Source: an uncultured cyanobacterium
GTDB taxonomy: Bacteria; Cyanobacteriota; Cyanobacteriia; Cyanobacteriales; CAWCAG01
Direction of reading: 5' to 3'
Length of the DNA stretch: 64,000 nt
Assembly (NCBI GenBank): GCA_963803805.1
Contig: CAWDOD010000011.1
Coordinates: 384,001 to 448,000, forward strand
Part shown: positions 30,315 to 40,361 of the stretch, one piece after another
Layout: each line of letters opens with the position of its first letter
Position numbering within the stretch: position 1 is the stretch's first letter
Translations under genes and position numbers: made by a program
Notes under the pieces: generated by a model
Told to the model about the DNA's origin: nothing
The model's input: only the letters and a program-made list of their open reading frames with translations
Database searches by the model: none

Positions 30315-31763
30315 CTAACCTAAGAACTCTATAGCTAATTTGATTACTTCTACCACTCCTGTAGCAATAAGCCCATTAGCTGCTGCATCTGCTACATATT
30401 GTCCCCACTTGACTAGTTTGTTTTTGAACGTAGGATTTTTATTCGCTTGGGTGGCTAAATCGCTAGCTACTTTATTCTTAGCTCCTTGGCTGCTGAAGCC
30501 TTGAGTTTCTAGTTGAGCTAAGAGTTTTTGAATGTTTGCAGCTACTTCTGCAAGGGTTTCTTTTTCGTTTAAGTTCTCAATTATTTGTACCGTGCCTTGT
30601 ATGGTTCCACCCTTCTGGACACCAGCTACAAAGTTTCCTCTTTGATTGATACTATCTCCTGCCATAGCATTATTCTCTACATTAATTGGCCTACTAGCTA
30701 GTAGCTTAGCAATTTCCATCATGTCTGCGCTTTGGCGGTGATAAATGTTTATCTCTCTATCTTTAGCTTGTAACTGATTGCGATATTTCTCTTCTACTGC
30801 CTCTAACTGTAGTTGGTACTTTTGCCAGAAGAATTTTTCCATTTCACCTTTATCAAAATCATCTGGAACAGCAACCTTAACAACAAAAGCACCGTTATTC
30901 TTGCTTTCTATAGCTTGTATTCTGAGATTAATTTCCCCTGCTTCTACTTGTAGGGCTTGTAGTGAAGGGAGAAAGGCTTGCCAGTCAATACCCTTACTGA
31001 AGATGAGGTCAAGGGTTTCATTGGCTTGTTCAATAAGGCTGATGAATTCCCCAGGAGCAAAGTTTTTGTTAAGGTCATGGGGGCGACGCTCAGAGAAAAC
31101 CCATTCTGAGTCTTGATATTCTTCTTTTAGATAAATGTACTCGCAAATAACATCCTTAAATTGGGTTTCACTATTGATATGCCAGTCTTCAATACAAGCA
31201 CCTGTTAGATTAGCATTTTTGAAATTTGTTTTGAGCGCTTGAGTAGCAATGAGTTTAGTACATCCGAGGTTTGCATTATCGAGGTTAGCACTATCGAGTT
31301 TTGTATCTCTGAAGTGGGCATTTTTGAGATTAGCATTTTTGAGATTAGCACTATTGAGGTTAGCACTATTGAGGTAGGCAAATCTAAGGTCTGCATTTCT
31401 GAAGTCAGCCCCTCTAAGGTTGGCAAGATCCAGGTGGGCGCTTTTGAGATTAGCATCTCTGAGGTCTGCGTTTTTAAGCTTAGCACCCACAAGATAAGAA
31501 CCCATGAGATTAGCGTATTTGAGGTCAGTCGCTCCGAGGTCTGCATTTCTAAGGTCAGAGCTACTGAGGTTAGCATCTCTAAGGTTCGCACCTCTGAGGT
31601 TAGCGCTATTGAGGTAGGCGAATCTAAGGTCTGCATTTCTGAGGTTTGATCTACTAAGGTTAGTACCTCTGAGGTCTATCTTAACTCTAGGATTCTCTGC
31701 TCTCCATTTATTCCACTCCTCTACACTCCTCTTAAGCAAACCTAACTGCTCTTGGTCTACCAT
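30315..31763 (-). CDS. Pentapeptide repeat protein with C-terminal helical extension
   Basis: WNKWR N-cap, a long run of A(D/N)Lxx repeats, LTGACIEDW, and a C-terminal TLAEVAANIQKLLAQL helical domain. Confidence 0.9.
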   Translation of the reverse strand: MVDQEQLGLLKRSVEEWNKWRAENPRVKIDLRGTNLSRSNLRNADLRFAYLNSANLRGANLRDANLSSSDLRNADLGATDLKYANLMGSYLVGAKLKNADLRDANLKSAHLDLANLRGADFRNADLRFAYLNSANLNSANLKNANLKNAHFRDTKLDSANLDNANLGCTKLIATQALKTNFKNANLTGACIEDWHINSETQFKDVICEYIYLKEEYQDSEWVFSERRPHDLNKNFAPGEFISLIEQANETLDLIFSKGIDWQAFLPSLQALQVEAGEINLRIQAIESKNNGAFVVKVAVPDDFDKGEMEKFFWQKYQLQLEAVEEKYRNQLQAKDREINIYHRQSADMMEIAKLLASRPINVENNAMAGDSINQRGNFVAGVQKGGTIQGTVQIIENLNEKETLAEVAANIQKLLAQLETQGFSSQGAKNKVASDLATQANKNPTFKNKLVKWGQYVADAAANGLIATGVVEVIKLAIEFLG

Positions 31764-32132
31764 TGAAAATCATTAAGTACATTACTACAGCCGAAAAACA
31801 TTTCTCGGTTTTATCTGTATTCTAATCAGCAAATTTACTACCTACCAAAAACTTTCTTAACCATCAAAGTAATCTCGATACTAAGCCGCCCATTGCTACC
31901 CTTTGTTTCACTCTCTTCTTTTGAAACTTCGGGAAAAGAAACATAATATTCCTGAAAATCTACTTGAAACAGAGTTAAAGAGAATATGCTTAACTTGGGA
32001 AATCAGTGAGTCAACAATAATATTCTCAAGTAGGAGCAAGCTATTAACTCCTTATTCCAAGGTATGATGGCAGGAGTTTTCTGCTTTTTTCCTTCTATTA
32101 CCCCTACTTCACTTACCTTTTTTAGATAACTT

Positions 32133-33731
32133 GTGTCTGTCAAGAAAAAAACCTCTCGTTCCTTAGCTGGTATTGCCGGCATTGTCGCCGTTGCCACCTT
32201 GATTAGTAAAGTTTTCGGTTTAATACGCGAACAAGCGATCGCAGCCGCATTTGGAGTTGGGCCAGTTGCTAATGCTTATGTTTATGCCTATGTGATTCCC
32301 GGATTCTTACTGATTCTTTTGGGAGGAATTAATGGCCCTTTCCATAGTGCTTTGGTTAGTGTCCTGGCTAAGCGAGACAAATCAGAAGCTGCACCTTTAG
32401 TAGAAGCAGTGACAACTTTGGTTAGTGCATTTCTTTTAGTTATTACCGTTGTGCTGATTGTCTTTGCTGGAACTTTTATTGATCTCCTGGCCCCCGGTTT
32501 GGAAGCAGAAGTACGGGCGATCGCAGTTCAGCAGTTACAAATCATGGCCCCTCTGGCACTTTTAGCAGGGTTGATTGGTATTGGTTTTGGTACTCTCAAC
32601 GCTGCTGATCAATATTGGCTACCTAGTGTCAGTCCGTTGTTTTCTAGCCTAGCGATTATGTTTGGCTTGGGGGTATTAGCCTTTCAATTAGGGGAGCAAA
32701 TCTCCGCCCCTGAATATGCCACTTTTGGAGGCTTAATCCTAGCGGGAGGAACTTTAGCTGGGGCGATTTTACAATGGTTAGCGCAACTATTTGCTCAAAT
32801 GCGTTCAGGTTTGGGAGGATTGCGACTACGTTTTGATCTGCGTATTCCGGGGTTAAAAGAGGTGATGAAGGTGATGTTGCCAGCAACCCTTTCTTCTGGG
32901 ATGTTACACATCAACGTTTATACAGACTTCTTCTTCGCCTCCTACATTCCTAGTGCTGCGGCAGCCATGAAGTTTGGCAACCTCATTGTCTTAACTCCTT
33001 TAGGAATCATCTCCAACATGATTTTGGTTCCGATGTTACCTGTATTTTCGCGCCTGACTTCCCCAGAGCAATGGCCAGATTTAAAGATACGCATTCGTCA
33101 AGGTTTACTCCTCACAGCCCTAACAATGCTACCTTTAAGCGCCATTTTCATCTCTTTAGGTATTCCTATTGTTCGCATTGTTTATGAACGTTTTGCTTTT
33201 GATCAAGAAGCATCCTTAATTGTCGCCCCTGTCTTAATGACTTATGGGGCAGGAATGTTTTTCTATTTAGGAAGGGATGTTTTGGTGAGAGTATTTTATG
33301 CTTTGGGAGATGGGGAAACTCCTTTTCGGATTAGTATTTTTAACATTTTCCTCAACGGACTTTTAGACTTTCTGTTGGTTAAAGCCTTCGCTACCCCAGG
33401 TTTGATTATGTCTACTATCGGGGTTAATGTTGTTTCTATGATCCTGCTTTTATGGGCATTAAACCGCAAAATCAACGGCTTACCTTTTGCTGAATGGGGT
33501 TTAGCTTTATTCAATATAACCTTGTGTAGCGCCACAGCAGGTTTAGCAAGTTGGGGAACTAGTTGGGGTTTCCAAAAGATTTTTGGCAACGATAATTTAC
33601 TACTGTTAATCGGACAATTCCTTTCTGGGGCAACAGTAGCTTTATTGGTTTTTGCAGTTTTAGTTACTTTTTTGAAGTTGCCAGAAGTGGATATTTTAGT
33701 CAGGAGAATAAAGCAGAAAATAGGGAGATGA
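32133..33731 (+). CDS. murJ: Lipid II flippase MurJ (MviN)
   Basis: SKVFGLIREQAIAAAFG, GGINGPFHSA, RVFYALGDGETP; many TM helices. Confidence 0.96.
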   Translation: MSVKKKTSRSLAGIAGIVAVATLISKVFGLIREQAIAAAFGVGPVANAYVYAYVIPGFLLILLGGINGPFHSALVSVLAKRDKSEAAPLVEAVTTLVSAFLLVITVVLIVFAGTFIDLLAPGLEAEVRAIAVQQLQIMAPLALLAGLIGIGFGTLNAADQYWLPSVSPLFSSLAIMFGLGVLAFQLGEQISAPEYATFGGLILAGGTLAGAILQWLAQLFAQMRSGLGGLRLRFDLRIPGLKEVMKVMLPATLSSGMLHINVYTDFFFASYIPSAAAAMKFGNLIVLTPLGIISNMILVPMLPVFSRLTSPEQWPDLKIRIRQGLLLTALTMLPLSAIFISLGIPIVRIVYERFAFDQEASLIVAPVLMTYGAGMFFYLGRDVLVRVFYALGDGETPFRISIFNIFLNGLLDFLLVKAFATPGLIMSTIGVNVVSMILLLWALNRKINGLPFAEWGLALFNITLCSATAGLASWGTSWGFQKIFGNDNLLLLIGQFLSGATVALLVFAVLVTFLKLPEVDILVRRIKQKIGR

Positions 33732-33754
33732 TTGGGGTGTAAGCCCGAAGAAAA

Positions 33755-34588
33755 TCATCGAGAAGTAACTAAATTAATTATCGTCACCTCTGGAGGACAG
33801 AATAAGCGTCCTGGGGCGTAGCTGCCTAAACCACGATTAACATAGAGTTGGTTGTTGCCTAATTTATGGAATCCTTGACTCCATTGCCAGTTTTTAAAAA
33901 CACGGGAACAGTTTTTAAAATAGGGTATATAATGCCTTATTACTGATGGTAAACTTTGTCCCCGTTCTGTTATGAAACGAGGAAAAGGGCCAATTCCAGG
34001 AATAACTATTTGCCCTCCGTGAGTATGTCCAGAAAGTTGTAAATCTACACGCCATTTTTGTAAAGCTTTTGCGGAATCTGGGTTGTGGGATAAAATCAGC
34101 CGTGGGGTTTGGGGATTTAATTGCTCCATTACCGGTTCTGGCTTAAATTCGGGCGACCAAAAATCAGCTAATCCCACTATTGGTAATTCTTGACCCAAAG
34201 GATAGGCAATTTCATTCCATAAAACTGTAACACCAATGCCAATTAAACTTTCTCTAATTAACTTTCTAGATAGGGGCCAATAGTTATCATGGTTACCTAA
34301 GCAAGCATATATTCCTAAACGACTTTGTAATTGTTTGAGATGCAATACTAAGTCGTGAATGGGAGTAGGATCATCAGTGACATAATCCCCTGTCAATAAG
34401 ATAAGATCGGGCTTTTCTGCGTTAGTTGTGGTGATAGCTTGGGTTAGTAACTTTTCTGAAAGCCGCCAACCATCATAGTGAAAATCTGATAGTTGAACTA
34501 ATTTTGTCCCTGATAATTGAGGAGGTAAATCGGCGATCGCCACACTTATTCTTTCTATACTTAAAGGTTCAGTTTTAATGAATTGCAC
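33755..34588 (-). CDS. Metallophosphoesterase (YkuE-like)
   Basis: SDFH, TGDYV, LGNHD, LSHNPD, SGHTHGGQ, YVNRGLG. Confidence 0.92.
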   Translation of the reverse strand: MQFIKTEPLSIERISVAIADLPPQLSGTKLVQLSDFHYDGWRLSEKLLTQAITTTNAEKPDLILLTGDYVTDDPTPIHDLVLHLKQLQSRLGIYACLGNHDNYWPLSRKLIRESLIGIGVTVLWNEIAYPLGQELPIVGLADFWSPEFKPEPVMEQLNPQTPRLILSHNPDSAKALQKWRVDLQLSGHTHGGQIVIPGIGPFPRFITERGQSLPSVIRHYIPYFKNCSRVFKNWQWSQGFHKLGNNQLYVNRGLGSYAPGRLFCPPEVTIINLVTSR

Positions 34589-34606
34589 AGGATAATTACC
34601 TTTTAT

Positions 34607-35998
34607 CTATTCACCTAGTTGTTTCGTAATCTCCCCACCTAAAACTTCCCAATCAACTTCTATTTGCTTTCCTGTCTTCAAATTCTTTAAACCGCATTTT
34701 TGCGCCGCCGCTTCCTCAGAACCAATAATTACACAAAAAGGTATACCTCGCTTATCCGCTTGTTGTAGCTGTTTACCAACCCCACGCTTCTCAAAACTAG
34801 TAACTACATTTAATCCTTCCTGGCGCAACTTTTGAGATACTTTCAGGTACAAAGGCATCAAATCTTCTTGCATATTAATAACCATTACTTGGGTAGGAGT
34901 AGCAGCTAAAGGTTCCATAATCTCAGCTTTAAGTAAACGACTCATTAAGCGAGTTAAACCAATAGAAATGCCTACTCCAGGCATCTTTTCACCCACAAAC
35001 ATTCCTACTAATTCTTCATACCTCCCCCCAGAACAAATACTGCCTAATTCTTCATTGCCAACTAAACTTGTTTCATAAACTGTACCTGTATAGTAGTTTA
35101 GTCCCCTGGCGATGGCTAAATCGAGGCAAAAGTACTTTTCTGCTACTCCCAAGTTACGGACGTTGGTAATTACTGTTTCTAATTCAGTAATACCTATTTT
35201 AAGTACCTCAGAATTATGGTTATTTTGAGCAATATTTCTTAGTTTAGCTAAAACTTCATCAACGCTACCTTTCACTTGAGTAAAAGCTAAAACCTGCTCT
35301 ACTTGTTCTTTATTTAAACCTTCTTCTTGTAGAGCTTTTTTTACTTTCGTTTGTCCAATCTTCTCTGCTGCGTCAATAATCCGAATACAAGCAACAATTT
35401 TTTCTTGGGCAACTTTAATTGCTTGAAAGAAACCAGTCAAAACTTTGCGATTATTGATCCGAATTAAAAAATCTCCAATATCAATAGCTGTAAAAATTTC
35501 AGCAATGATAGCAGGAATTTGAGCATCGTAAAGTAAACTTAGTTTGTTCCTCCCTACCACATCAATGTCGCACTGACGGAATTGACGATAGCGTCCATCT
35601 TTAGCCCTTTCCCCCCGAAATACCATATCCATTTGATAACGGGCAAAAGGAAAGTTTAATTCATTAAGGTGGCGAGCGATATAGGCAGCTAAAGGAACAG
35701 TTTGATCAAATTTCAAAGCCCGTTCTTCAGAACTAGAATTTCCGGCTTGTTCTTGCTCTGCTTGGCGTAAAGGAGGCAAAATAGGATTCAAACCATAGAT
35801 AATATTATCCCCTTGATTTCCTTTGGCTTGGAGTACTTCAAGGCGTTCCACAGCAGGGGTTTCAATGGGAGTAAAGCCATAGCGCTCAAAAACTTGGCGA
35901 ATGGTATCTAATAAATAAAGCTCTAGGCGCTTTTCCTCTGGAAGAAATTCCGGAAAACCGCTAGGACAAGAGTAATTGATTCTATCAGCCTTTGCCAT
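34607..35998 (-). CDS. hisS: Histidine--tRNA ligase
   Basis: FRGER...RYRQFRQCDID, ARGLNYYTG, SICSGGRY, GVGISIGLTRL; C-terminal anticodon-binding domain. Confidence 0.96.
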   Translation of the reverse strand: MAKADRINYSCPSGFPEFLPEEKRLELYLLDTIRQVFERYGFTPIETPAVERLEVLQAKGNQGDNIIYGLNPILPPLRQAEQEQAGNSSSEERALKFDQTVPLAAYIARHLNELNFPFARYQMDMVFRGERAKDGRYRQFRQCDIDVVGRNKLSLLYDAQIPAIIAEIFTAIDIGDFLIRINNRKVLTGFFQAIKVAQEKIVACIRIIDAAEKIGQTKVKKALQEEGLNKEQVEQVLAFTQVKGSVDEVLAKLRNIAQNNHNSEVLKIGITELETVITNVRNLGVAEKYFCLDLAIARGLNYYTGTVYETSLVGNEELGSICSGGRYEELVGMFVGEKMPGVGISIGLTRLMSRLLKAEIMEPLAATPTQVMVINMQEDLMPLYLKVSQKLRQEGLNVVTSFEKRGVGKQLQQADKRGIPFCVIIGSEEAAAQKCGLKNLKTGKQIEVDWEVLGGEITKQLGE

Positions 35999-36110
35999 TT
36001 TTTTTGAGTAATCAGAAACTTGTGGGCATTAAAAAGTAATAAGTAAAGAATATACTACTACTAAAAAACTCGTTCCCTATTAAAAATTAGCCATTAGCTA
36101 TTAGCAAAGT

Positions 36111-37067
36111 CTATTTCTTCCTACCAAATAAGCCTCCAAATCTTCCTCCAGATTTATTATCTCCTGAAGTGGTTTTAGAACTATTTCCCGTTTGTTTGCC
36201 ACCAGTTTGTCCCCCGCTCATTTTATCTAATAGTTGCTTTCCTTTAATCGCATTAGGATCTTGAGGATTTACTTTTAAGGCTTTGTTAATATAAACTTTA
36301 GCCATTCCCATTTGCTTTTGTTGTAAGTAAATCAACCCCAATAAGCTATTACAAGGAGCATCATTAGGTTCTAGTTTTAAGCCATCCCGCAACTCTAAGA
36401 CAGCTTTGCTGAAATTCTTCTTGCTTATATATTCTTGAGCGCGGCGCACATAAGGCTCTGATCTTGAAGCTGGCGGTTTTCTTTCTGCTCCTTTGCCAGG
36501 AGGTTTGCCCCGTCCCACAGAAGGTTTCTTATCCCCTACTGTTGAACCTGTAGCTGTAGTTCCTCCTCCTGCTCTAACGCCTTTACCCTGCTTCTTCATC
36601 AAGTAAACCATGTTCAGTTCACTAATTTGAGCAATCTTATTGGAAATTTCTCCTAGAGTTTGGTATTGCTCTTTTGCTAGGGTTTGTAGCTGTTGCTTGT
36701 AAACACTATCTAAGGTGCTACTACCAGCTTTAGAAAGTTCTTTTGCTCCTTCGCTAGACAAAGATACTTTGCCTCCCTCTGTAGCTAGCCTTTGCCCCAT
36801 TTGAGAAAGAACTAATTGGTATTCTGCACGAGAATCGTCTTTAGATAATTTTTCGTAGGCCGGATTAACCAACTTTGATAACAATTCGTTAGCTTGCTTT
36901 TTCTCTGCTTCATTCTCAGCTTTGCAGCTATCAGGGTGCAAATTCCGAGCTACTCTTAGATATCTTTTACGTACTTGCTTAGCATCTGCGGTAAGAGGTA
37001 ATCCCAAAACAGCATGATAGTCGGTAAGATCGTATTTAAAAAGTCCTTGCTCAATTTTGAAAGACAT
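36111..37067 (-). CDS. J-domain protein with C-terminal TPR
   Basis: DYHAVLG...LHPD J motif; TPR-like helices near the C-terminus. Confidence 0.88.
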   Translation of the reverse strand: MSFKIEQGLFKYDLTDYHAVLGLPLTADAKQVRKRYLRVARNLHPDSCKAENEAEKKQANELLSKLVNPAYEKLSKDDSRAEYQLVLSQMGQRLATEGGKVSLSSEGAKELSKAGSSTLDSVYKQQLQTLAKEQYQTLGEISNKIAQISELNMVYLMKKQGKGVRAGGGTTATGSTVGDKKPSVGRGKPPGKGAERKPPASRSEPYVRRAQEYISKKNFSKAVLELRDGLKLEPNDAPCNSLLGLIYLQQKQMGMAKVYINKALKVNPQDPNAIKGKQLLDKMSGGQTGGKQTGNSSKTTSGDNKSGGRFGGLFGRKK

Positions 37068-37343
37068 AAATTTCTACACTATCTCCTTGCTGAAATAATT
37101 TCTCAATTTTTGTGGTAGCTCAATGGCTAGCCTTGTAAGCTGTAGTAGCCTTCAAGAAAGTTTCTTAATATAAAATAATAGCTAATTTAATATGCTCCCT
37201 TGTATTTGGATACACCTTTTTCTTAGGATACCTATTTTAGTTAAGAAAATCCTCTCCTAGGCAGAATCTACATGAGTTCTTTATTAAGGCTTCACTCTTA
37301 ACTTTAAAAATGGAAATTCCCTCGTTAGTTTAACCAATAAATG

Positions 37344-38180
37344 CTAATTCTTGTGATTTTCCCAGTCCGAGAGAGGAGGCGTTTCCTGCAAAGCTTTGCT
37401 AAGTTGGTTATGGAGGATGCTATTGGTTGCTAAAATCCGACCGGAGTTCAGTTCTAAAGGGCTGCCATCGTAAGCCGTAACTTTCCCTCCTGCTTCTTGC
37501 ACTAAAACTATACCCGCAGCAACATCCCAAAGTTTGATACCTCTTTCCCAATAACCATCAAGACGACCACAAGCAACATCGCATAAATCAAGGGCAGCAG
37601 AGCCGCTACGCCTTACTCCTTGTGTTAAATGAGTTAAGTAGCAGAACTCCGCATAATTATTATCTGCTGTTTCTGTGCGATCATAAGCAAAACCACTTAC
37701 TAGTAAACTCTGTCTTAACTCAGAGACACTAGAGATTTGAATCGGGCGATAATTGCAACTAGCACCCAATCCTGTGGCAGCGCGAAAAAGTTCTTTACGA
37801 AAAGGATTATAAATAGCGCCAACTTGAGGCACTCCTTCAATTAGTAGCCCTACAGAAACACAAGAAATAGGATACTGGTGGGCATAATTAGTTGTGCCAT
37901 CTAAGGGATCTACTGCCCAAAGATACTTACTCTTTTTGGTATTAATCTCCCCCGACTCTTCCGTTAAAATGGGATTATCTGGGGTGCGATCGCGCAATAC
38001 TTTTAAAATAGCTACTTCTGCTGCTTTATCTGCTTCGGTAACTAAATCTCCGGAACGACCTTTTTCTTCAATGGATTTAAGGTTGCCCCAATAATCTTCT
38101 AGAATCGCCCCAGCAGCGTGTACTGCTTCTGTGGCAATATCGAGGAGAGTGGCTAATTCTTGGGTAGATGCTTGGGACAT
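37344..38180 (-). CDS. Inositol monophosphatase family protein (SuhB-like)
   Basis: DLVTEAD, WAVDPLDGTTNY, RRSGSAALDL, WDVAAG. Confidence 0.93.
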   Translation of the reverse strand: MSQASTQELATLLDIATEAVHAAGAILEDYWGNLKSIEEKGRSGDLVTEADKAAEVAILKVLRDRTPDNPILTEESGEINTKKSKYLWAVDPLDGTTNYAHQYPISCVSVGLLIEGVPQVGAIYNPFRKELFRAATGLGASCNYRPIQISSVSELRQSLLVSGFAYDRTETADNNYAEFCYLTHLTQGVRRSGSAALDLCDVACGRLDGYWERGIKLWDVAAGIVLVQEAGGKVTAYDGSPLELNSGRILATNSILHNQLSKALQETPPLSDWENHKN

Positions 38181-38314
38181 AGTAAAAAATTATTAGTTAT
38201 TAATTAAAGGATTAGAGATGTTTTTGATATTAGGCGATCGCCGTCTTTTCTCAATCAATTTCGCCAGATTCTTCTGTACTGTAGTATATTTACTCATACT
38301 CTACCGCTCTCATT

Positions 38315-38953
38315 ATGATTCAAACTATTACCAAACCCCTAACCTTTGCAGAATTTTTAGTGTGGGATGATGGCTCAGGGCAGGATTTTGAACTAATTGC
38401 GGGGGTTGCTGTGCCGATTGCTGAACCGAATGCTAACCATGAAGATGTTGCGGACACTCTTTGTGCTTCTTTGTTAGCAAACTGCACAGAACATAACTTA
38501 CCTTATATTCCCAAGCGCTCCAAGCAAGTTAGATTAAATACCCAGCTAGGAGAAAGAGAAAGAAGTCGCAAACCTGATATTGTGATCTTTGCTGCGGAAG
38601 AATGGCAGAGAATGAAAACCAGTTCTATTCCTGCTGCTGCTTATGTTCCACCCCCAATGGTAGTAGAGGTTGTGAGTGGTAATTGGCGAGATGATTATTT
38701 GACAAAGTTAGCTGAGTATGAATCTTTAGGTATCCCAGAATATTGGATTGTTGACTATGCTGGGTTAGGGGCGATTCGTTATATTGGTTCCCCTAAACAA
38801 CCTACCTTAAGTATTTACCAGTTAGTTGAAGGTGAGTATCAACTTAAGCAGTTTAGAGGAGAAGAGCAAGTTGAATCAGGGCTGTTTCCTCAACTTAACC
38901 TTTCAGCAGAGCAAATCTTTGCCCCAGGGCTTTTAAACAACACAGATATTTAA
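38315..38953 (+). CDS. Uma2 family endonuclease-like protein
   Basis: RKPDIVI, VVEVVS, DYLTKLAEYESLGIPEYWIVD. Confidence 0.92.
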   Translation: MIQTITKPLTFAEFLVWDDGSGQDFELIAGVAVPIAEPNANHEDVADTLCASLLANCTEHNLPYIPKRSKQVRLNTQLGERERSRKPDIVIFAAEEWQRMKTSSIPAAAYVPPPMVVEVVSGNWRDDYLTKLAEYESLGIPEYWIVDYAGLGAIRYIGSPKQPTLSIYQLVEGEYQLKQFRGEEQVESGLFPQLNLSAEQIFAPGLLNNTDI

Positions 38954-38959
38954 CTTTAA

Positions 38960-39538
38960 CTATCCCCAAATATTTGGTAAATCTAAAACAAAACCGGGTA
39001 AGATATCTTCTCCTGATAAACTAGTCGGATTATCTAAAACCTCTTTAGTTTCTCCTTGACGATAAATTTCAACTTGGCGAGTTTGAGGATTAATCAACCA
39101 ACCTAACTTCACCCCATTGCTCAGATACTCCTCCATCTTTTTCCGAGTACCAGTTAAAGTATCGCTAGGGGACATTAACTCTAAAACGAAATCTGGGGCA
39201 ATGGGAGGAAACTTCTCTTTTTCTTGAGCAGTTAAAGCTTCCCATCTTGACTTTTCAATCCAAGAAACATCAGGGGAACGGTTTGCACCATTGGGTAAAC
39301 GGAAACAAGTAGAAGAATCAAAACAAACTCCTAACTTGGTTTGACGATTCCAAAATACAAAGTCTCCAGCTATTTCTATATTACGCTTGCCAGTTTCTCC
39401 ACCTGTCGGGGGCGTAATAACAATCTCTCCGTTAACGTTGCGTTCAAACTTAATATCAGGATTGGCACGGCAGAGATTATAAAACTTTTCGTCATCAATT
39501 TGACTAATAGGAGCAAAATTGATCGTGTAAGCAGTCAT
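38960..39538 (-). CDS. Uma2 family endonuclease-like protein
   Basis: FDSSTCFRLPNGANRSPDVSW, APDFVLELMSPSD, KMEEY..NGVKLGWLINP; ATG at 39538 preferred over the longer ORF-track start. Confidence 0.92.
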   Translation of the reverse strand: MTAYTINFAPISQIDDEKFYNLCRANPDIKFERNVNGEIVITPPTGGETGKRNIEIAGDFVFWNRQTKLGVCFDSSTCFRLPNGANRSPDVSWIEKSRWEALTAQEKEKFPPIAPDFVLELMSPSDTLTGTRKKMEEYLSNGVKLGWLINPQTRQVEIYRQGETKEVLDNPTSLSGEDILPGFVLDLPNIWG

Positions 39539-39637
39539 TGTATGTAAATAAAGAGTTTGTTTAAGTTTGATTTTACTGCTATTTCCTAATGCCCCCGTCA
39601 ATCTCAACAGATAAATTAAATGCTTGAGAGCTTGTTT

Positions 39638-39659
39638 AGGGCGCGTATGTCTGCGCCCC
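39638..39659. repeat. REP-like GC-rich palindrome
   Basis: agggcgcg-tatgtc-tgcgcccc; similar to gggcgcaa-acc-ttgcgccc at 51765-51783. Confidence 0.5.
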
Positions 39660-39669
39660 GACAAAATCC

Positions 39670-40353
39670 CTAACCACCTCTAAGGGAAGTAGAACCTTCA
39701 GGGCATTCAACTTGACCATCTTCCCCTGGTGCTTTTGGCATAGCGGGGGGTTGATCAGAAGGCTCGTCAGTTTCACAAATTCCCGGTACAGGAGCGCTTT
39801 CTCCATTAACTTCAATAACAAAAATTGCTCCGGTGTAACTTTTTAAAGCCTCATCTTTCGCTTTAGCTGTTACCATCACGCTTTTATCATCTTGAGAATC
39901 GATCTTATACTGGAAATTATCTGTTTCCGATTCAATTTGTAAACCTAACTCCTCGAAGCTATTACCGAACTTATTATTCTGTAAATAATAAGCTTGTTGA
40001 GCCTGTAATAACGAAGCCACGATAGTTCTACCTTCGTTTTGTTTAGCTTGTTCTTCCAGGTTGATAACTTCTGTCCCTTCAGGCAAATCTGTCTCCTCAG
40101 AAACCTTTTCTAAAGGAATTTCATAAGCCAGAGATTCCCCTTCAGGTATTTGTCCTTCGGGGGGGATGACAAATACTTTTCCTTCTGGAGAGAGAATAAT
40201 TTTAATCTCTTCTTTGGTGGTTGGTTCTGTAAATGTCCAAGTACCCTGCCATTCTTTACCAGACTGACAGCCAGCAATGCTCAAAATACTCACTGCTAAA
40301 CCGAAAAAGATTGAGGTACGCGATAAAGATAAAGACCGCAAAAAATTAGACAA
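39670..40353 (-). CDS. Lipoprotein with type IV pilin-like G/H domain
   Basis: Lipobox IAGC; KQNEGRTIVASLLQAQQAYYL...ELGL...LKSYTGAIF...ICET...CP matches the cyanobacterial pilin-like G/H domain pattern. Confidence 0.8.
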   Translation of the reverse strand: MSNFLRSLSLSRTSIFFGLAVSILSIAGCQSGKEWQGTWTFTEPTTKEEIKIILSPEGKVFVIPPEGQIPEGESLAYEIPLEKVSEETDLPEGTEVINLEEQAKQNEGRTIVASLLQAQQAYYLQNNKFGNSFEELGLQIESETDNFQYKIDSQDDKSVMVTAKAKDEALKSYTGAIFVIEVNGESAPVPGICETDEPSDQPPAMPKAPGEDGQVECPEGSTSLRGG

Positions 40354-40361
40354 GGTTTTAT

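Noticed and set aside
30778-31649. ORFs 30778-31116, 31205-31636 and 31239-31649 with periodic sequence
   Set aside because: Alternative-frame or antisense readings of the pentapeptide gene and its 15-nt periodicity.
37201-37214. TGTA-N6-TACA palindrome as an NtcA site
   Set aside because: NtcA boxes are GTA-N8-TAC; the spacing here is wrong and nothing else supports it.
39539-39664. N-terminal extension of the Uma2 ORF to 39664
   Set aside because: It runs through a REP-like palindrome and intergenic-looking DNA; ATG 39538 gives the usual family length.
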